Source of the DNA: Fimbriimonadales bacterium
GTDB lineage: Bacteria; Armatimonadota; Fimbriimonadia; Fimbriimonadales; ATM1
Direction of reading: 5' to 3'
DNA: 64,000 nucleotides
Assembly (NCBI GenBank): GCA_051003155.1
Contig: JBPCLO010000026.1
Span: 1 to 64,000, forward strand
This document shows, piece after piece, positions 59,259 to 64,000 of this stretch. How positions within the stretch are numbered: the stretch's first letter is position 1; the number at the start of each line of letters is the position of its first letter. Below the pieces are notes generated by a model. The model had not been told where the DNA came from, did no database searches, and saw nothing but the letters and a program-made list of their open reading frames with translations. The translations under genes were made by a program, and so were the position numbers.

Positions 59259-59654
59259 TTGATGTTCCTCCCGACCTTTTCGAAGTCGTCATTCTTTAGT
59301 GCAGATGCACTGTTAATCTATACGACGATGAGCTAGGCAGTGGCGCCCGACATGTCAAAAAACTCGGAGAGTGTGACCATCCCGGGCGGCTTCACACGCA
59401 ACTACTAGCGGCGCAGGAGCAGGAACGCCCCGGGCGCAGAAGGGGGAAACGCCGTCTGGGAAGGGGGAAGTGTCGGTCAGGAATGATGGCAGCGTGCGGG
59501 GCTGGTCGAGCGAATGCACTTCGGCCTAGGCTACCTTTCCCCTGGCCACTTCGAGGCTGGCAACGGGAGACTGGTTCTAAGTAGGTGTTCGACTCTTCCT
59601 GCGCATTCCAGTGCACACAGGTACAGATATGCTACTGGCTAAAGACAAGTAAAT

Positions 59655-61967
59655 GTGACGCCGAACCTGCGCCATACTTCTCCTCGTGATGTCGGCGACC
59701 TCACGGAGCTACCCTTGGAACTAGAACTGCCGCCCGAAACGCTTGTTGGGGATCGCTACCGAATCGAACGAACTCTCGGCCGCGGCGGCTTCGCAATCGC
59801 GTATCTCGCCCAGGATGAGTTGGCTGACCGGCGAGTAGTGCTGAAAGAGCTTGCGCCCACCGGTTCGCTGAGGCAAGACGGACGTCTCCGCCTGCCAGAG
59901 ACGACGGCCAACGCGGCCCACAGGATCATCCACCAGTTTCTTCGAGAGGCCAAGCTACTCGCAAGGTTGCGAATTGCTGGGGTGGTGCAGATTTACGATG
60001 CCTTCCAGGAGAACGGCACGGTCTACGCGTCGATGGAGTTCGTGGAGAATGCCACGACGCTGGAGAGCCTGCTGAGCTCGAAAGGCCCTCTGGATCCGGA
60101 GCGCGTCCGAACCATGCTGCTCTCAATAGCCGGGACGCTCCATCTTGTGCACGCGCAGGGTTATCTTCATCGGGACATCAAACCGTCGAACGTGCTCGTG
60201 CTGCCCGGAGACCAGCCGGTGCTCATCGACTTCGGAGCTGCGCGCGAGTGGCAAGCCGATGCGACCGTCTCACACACCTCATTGTTCACCCCAGGCTACG
60301 CGCCGATCGAGCAATTGAGCGAGCTTGGTCGGCGCGGACCACCAACGGACATCTATTCGCTCGCCGCAATGGGTTATGAAATGCTCGTCGGTATCCCGCC
60401 CCCATCTTCTGTGGACCGAGTCTCCGGGGCAACCATCCGCCCGGTCGATTCATTCCGTGGCGATGTTCCGTGCGAGCTCATGGCTGCCATAAACGCAGGG
60501 CTCGCGTTGAAGGCAGCCGACCGGCCCGCCACGGCCGCAAAATTCTCGCAGCTGCTCGCGGCGGCTGCAGTGTCCGCGGCTCACGAGACGAGCGATGTCG
60601 AGCGAATGGACAACGCCATGCTCGAACTCAAGAAGCTAAAGGTCGGTAGGAACGAATGCCCGTCCTGCGGCGGCCTGATGGACGAACCGACGCCGTTGAA
60701 AGTGGGTGCCTGCCCAGTTTGCCGAGAGGGGCGGATTCGCCCGAGAAATCTCGACTCGAGAATGTGTCCCGTTTGCCGAACGGGGATGCTCGCCAAAGAG
60801 CGCAACCACGATCCGATGATCTACTGCCCGCTTTGCAAGTTCGGCCGCCTAGCGCAGCAGGGCCTACTGAGGAGGAATAGGTACGAGTGCTCCTCCTGCT
60901 CCGCGACGTTTACTGTTCCCCGTCGTGGCGAACTTGCGCTGGTGTCGCCGCCGCCGCGGCCGGGGTTGGTCGAACAAGGACAAACCGGAACAGAGGTCGA
61001 CTTTTGGCTCCCACTTAGCGGGCGGTCGGATGTTGTGTTTCGTTGCGATGGATGCAACGCTCAGTGGGACTCGTGGCCCTCAGGTGATATGAAGCTGGTC
61101 AAGGTCTTCGAGGACCCGCTTGGAGTTGCCAAAAAGCATAGGTCACTCACGTCGGACGAATGGGCGCGCGTCGCCGCGCGGTTGAATCTTGATGCCGGCA
61201 ATGTAGTTTGCGATCGATGCGGGGCGGACTTCTACACCGAAGGTGACAGCCTCACCCTTATCGATGCGGAGGTCGACTACTTCGGTTTCCTTGCCCACTA
61301 TCAGGGGCGTCGGCTGGGGCTCGACCGTCTTCGATGGATCGCGGTCGGTAAAGCGAGCGGCCATCCAGGGCCGGCTTGCGACACGTGCGATATGGAGTTC
61401 GACCGTGAGGGAGACTATTTGCGCCTTCGCTTTACGCAGAATGACGAGTTAGCCCCGCACACTGATCAGGCTTGGCCGTTTGAAGACTGGCATCGCCTCT
61501 CGCGGTCGCTTCCCACAAGAGAGGATGAGCCCGAGTTCTTAGAGCGGTTCTACGAAACGTTGCGGAAGGCTGTCGTTCAAGGCGAACTTACACCGTTCAG
61601 CCGGCGCGGCCATGGATTGCGCTGGGACGCAGCAGCCGAGGTTGTCACCCTTGAAGGCGACGAATGGGTCACATCAGCAAAGGGAAAACTGACCTTGGGA
61701 GACGGAATGTTGGAGTTCGCCGCGAGAAAGAGACCCTTGAAAGTGCCGATCGACGCGATTATCGACGCTTCCGCAGAGAACGATGTTCTAACCCTCCGCC
61801 TCAGGGGCCAGAGTGAGACGATGGATTTGTTCATTGAACCTATTGGCGTACGCTTTGACATAACGTCGGGCCGGCATGAGTTGACGCTGACGGCACAAGA
61901 CTGTGCCGAAACGATCACGATCCTGAGGCGGGAACTTGCTGGAACAAAAACCCCGGCCTCCGAGTAA
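59655..61967 (+). CDS. Hanks-type Ser/Thr kinase with eight CxxC motifs and a beta-rich C-terminal domain
   Basis: LGRGGFAIAY, VLKE, HRDIKPSN, IDFG, TPGYAP.EQ, DIYSL; CPSC, CPVC, CPVC, CPLC, CSSC, CDGC, CDRC, CDTC. Confidence 0.9.
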   Translation: MTPNLRHTSPRDVGDLTELPLELELPPETLVGDRYRIERTLGRGGFAIAYLAQDELADRRVVLKELAPTGSLRQDGRLRLPETTANAAHRIIHQFLREAKLLARLRIAGVVQIYDAFQENGTVYASMEFVENATTLESLLSSKGPLDPERVRTMLLSIAGTLHLVHAQGYLHRDIKPSNVLVLPGDQPVLIDFGAAREWQADATVSHTSLFTPGYAPIEQLSELGRRGPPTDIYSLAAMGYEMLVGIPPPSSVDRVSGATIRPVDSFRGDVPCELMAAINAGLALKAADRPATAAKFSQLLAAAAVSAAHETSDVERMDNAMLELKKLKVGRNECPSCGGLMDEPTPLKVGACPVCREGRIRPRNLDSRMCPVCRTGMLAKERNHDPMIYCPLCKFGRLAQQGLLRRNRYECSSCSATFTVPRRGELALVSPPPRPGLVEQGQTGTEVDFWLPLSGRSDVVFRCDGCNAQWDSWPSGDMKLVKVFEDPLGVAKKHRSLTSDEWARVAARLNLDAGNVVCDRCGADFYTEGDSLTLIDAEVDYFGFLAHYQGRRLGLDRLRWIAVGKASGHPGPACDTCDMEFDREGDYLRLRFTQNDELAPHTDQAWPFEDWHRLSRSLPTREDEPEFLERFYETLRKAVVQGELTPFSRRGHGLRWDAAAEVVTLEGDEWVTSAKGKLTLGDGMLEFAARKRPLKVPIDAIIDASAENDVLTLRLRGQSETMDLFIEPIGVRFDITSGRHELTLTAQDCAETITILRRELAGTKTPASE

Positions 61968-61983
61968 GAGCTAAAATCCGACT

Positions 61984-63795
61984 ATGCCGACAGCCGCCGA
62001 AATGACTTATCCCAAGGTTCGCTGGGATCTCAGCACGCTCTTCTCCGGAATCGACGATCCGAAGATCGAGCAGATCCTCGAATGGGCGTCCAAAGAAGCG
62101 GACGCATTCGCCGAAGCGTATCGCGGCAGAATAGACGACGCGGGTCTGTCCGCCGAGACCTTGCTCTCCGGAATCACCTCGCTGGAGCGCATCTCAAACG
62201 AACTGAGCAAACCGCTTAGCTATGGCCAGCTGCTTTTCTCAACCGACACCGGTGACGCCAAGATCGGCGCGTTCATGCAGCGCATGCAAGAGCGGTGCAC
62301 GGATATCCAGGTCAAGCTGCTGTTCTTTGAATTGGAGCTTCAGAAGCTGCCCAGTGAAACTCTGAACAAGCTTCTTGATAACGAGGGCCTCGCCAAGTAC
62401 GCTCACTGGATCAACCAAGTTCGCGTTTACTCGCCTCACCGCTTGAGCGAACCCGAGGAGGTCGTGCTCGAAAAGACCTCTAATACGGGCAACCGCGCTT
62501 GGGTGAGGTTGTTCGAGGAGGTCACCGCGAACCATCGGTGCACACTTAAGCGCCCTGACGGACCGACGGAGGACCTTAGCATCGAAGAGACGGTCGCCCT
62601 ACTCCGGGACCCCGATCGCGGTGTTCGCCAAGCGGCGGCGGATGCGCTAACCTCGGGGCTCACCTCGCTCGAGCGAGTGCTCGTTTTCACCTACAACAAC
62701 CTGCTTCAAGACAAGAAGATCGACGACGAGATCCGAAGCTACGGATACGCCGAAAAGAGCCGCCACCTGGCCAACGAACTGGACAAGGAGACTGTCGACC
62801 TCGTCGTCTCCCTTTGCGCCGAGAACTTTGGCCTCGTGGGGCGCTTTTACAATGTCAAGCGAGAAATACTCGGTCTGCCGAAGCTCACCCACATCGACCG
62901 CTACGCTCCGCTTTTCGATACCGAGGAGCAGGTCGAATTCGAGCGCGCCAAGAATATCGTCCTGCAATCCTTCGGCGCCTTTTCGGAGGACGTCGCCGGA
63001 CGTGCGGAGGAGTTCTTCGACAACAAGTGGATCGACGCGGAGCCGCGTCCAGGCAAGGGCGGCGGCGCCTTCTGCAGCTACAACACGCCCGACACGCACC
63101 CGGTCGTATTCATGAGCTACCTCAACAAGATGGACGACGTAATGACCCTCGCGCACGAGCTTGGCCATGGCGTCCACGCCAGTTATAGCCGCGACCAGAG
63201 CCTCTTCAACTTCCACGGCACGCTTCCGTTGGCGGAACTGGCGAGCACGTTCGGCGAGATGCTGGTATTCGAGAACTTGGTGAAGGAAGCGAGCGCTAAG
63301 GACAAACTCGCGCTCTATGCCGAGAAAATCGAAGGGGTCTTTGCGACGGTCTTCAGGCAAGCCGCCATGTTCCGATTCGAGCAGGCTTGCCACGCTCACC
63401 GCCGCGAGAAGGGCGAGCTATCGGCGGCGGAGTTCGGGGACTTGTGGCAGAGAAACTTGCAGGCGATGTTCGGCGATTCGGTCGAGCTTGGCGAGCAGCA
63501 CTCCAGCTGGTGGAGCTATGTTGGGCACTTCATCTTCGCGCCGTTTTACGTGTACGCGTATTCGTTCGGCGAGCTGTTGGTCCTTTCTCTTTACCAGATG
63601 GCCAAGCGCGAAGGCCAGCCGTTCGCGGATCGGTACGTCGAACTGCTCAAGCTCGGCGGGTCGAAGACGCCGAAGGAGTTGATGGCTTTGATGGATATCG
63701 ACCTTCAGAGCCGTTCCTTCTGGCAAGGCGGCTTCGCAGCGATGGAGAGCCTGGTCGCGGAGTTCGAAAAGCTCCGCGCAGAGCATAAGGGGTGA
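61984..63795 (+). CDS. pepF: Oligoendopeptidase F (M3B)
   Basis: WDLS, GK.GGAFC, TLAHELGHG.H, AELASTFGE, HF...FYVYAY. Confidence 0.93.
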   Translation: MPTAAEMTYPKVRWDLSTLFSGIDDPKIEQILEWASKEADAFAEAYRGRIDDAGLSAETLLSGITSLERISNELSKPLSYGQLLFSTDTGDAKIGAFMQRMQERCTDIQVKLLFFELELQKLPSETLNKLLDNEGLAKYAHWINQVRVYSPHRLSEPEEVVLEKTSNTGNRAWVRLFEEVTANHRCTLKRPDGPTEDLSIEETVALLRDPDRGVRQAAADALTSGLTSLERVLVFTYNNLLQDKKIDDEIRSYGYAEKSRHLANELDKETVDLVVSLCAENFGLVGRFYNVKREILGLPKLTHIDRYAPLFDTEEQVEFERAKNIVLQSFGAFSEDVAGRAEEFFDNKWIDAEPRPGKGGGAFCSYNTPDTHPVVFMSYLNKMDDVMTLAHELGHGVHASYSRDQSLFNFHGTLPLAELASTFGEMLVFENLVKEASAKDKLALYAEKIEGVFATVFRQAAMFRFEQACHAHRREKGELSAAEFGDLWQRNLQAMFGDSVELGEQHSSWWSYVGHFIFAPFYVYAYSFGELLVLSLYQMAKREGQPFADRYVELLKLGGSKTPKELMALMDIDLQSRSFWQGGFAAMESLVAEFEKLRAEHKG

Positions 63796-63894
63796 TCGCT
63801 CGAAAATCTCCGTTGGAATCCATGATGCTGGGTTGAGAGGTGGAGTAGATATCGACCTCGCCACGACGAGCACATCCATGCCAGGATTCGCAAC

Positions 63895-64000
63895 ATGATC
63901 GCAGTGCTTGCTGCATCCGTCTTGTTATGCGCGCAGCACGGCGTAGCCTCGCCAAAGGAGTTCCCGCCGATAAAGCTTCTTCAAGGATACAAACCGGCCA
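63895..64000 (+). CDS. Start of a secreted protein (partial)
   Basis: MIAVLAASVLLCAQHGVASPKEFPP.. is open to the window end; AGGA upstream. Confidence 0.45.
   Translation, partial: MIAVLAASVLLCAQHGVASPKEFPPIKLLQGYKPA

Noticed and set aside
59440..59580. Cobalamin or other riboswitch (GGGAA and GCCAC words)
   Set aside because: The motif order and stems do not fit, and the flanking genes are unrelated.

Overview
A GC-rich bacterial chromosome segment, probably Armatimonadota/Fimbriimonadia-like (inferred from RpoB/RpoC style, a PEP-CTERM protein and the secreted repeat proteins; not verified). The housekeeping backbone comprises ppdK, hisC, arginase, argS, rpoB-rpoC, an OGG-type glycosylase with ligA, pepP, topA, PIN/TRAM-ispDF-hpf, moeA and pepF. 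Accessory material is interleaved. (i) Positions 1-7.5 kb form a decaying island with a tRNA-Glu relic, a frameshifted crcB plus cation/H+ antiporter, and several secreted proteins sharing one unnamed ~150-aa C-terminal domain. (ii) A small-protein / KaiC-like ATPase / hybrid kinase operon has a 21-bp tandem array and mini-ORFs inside it. (iii) Scattered gene relics include GT4, hpt and a DNA methyltransferase. The most notable observations are a multi-AT-hook gene between rpoB and rpoC, a ~100-aa insertion in the RpoC trigger loop, the KaiC module with its repeat array, the shared C-terminal domain family, a Ser/Thr kinase with eight CxxC motifs, and many apparently leaderless genes. I saw no CRISPR array, rRNA, integrase or transposase. 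All calls come from reading motifs by eye; no searches were run.
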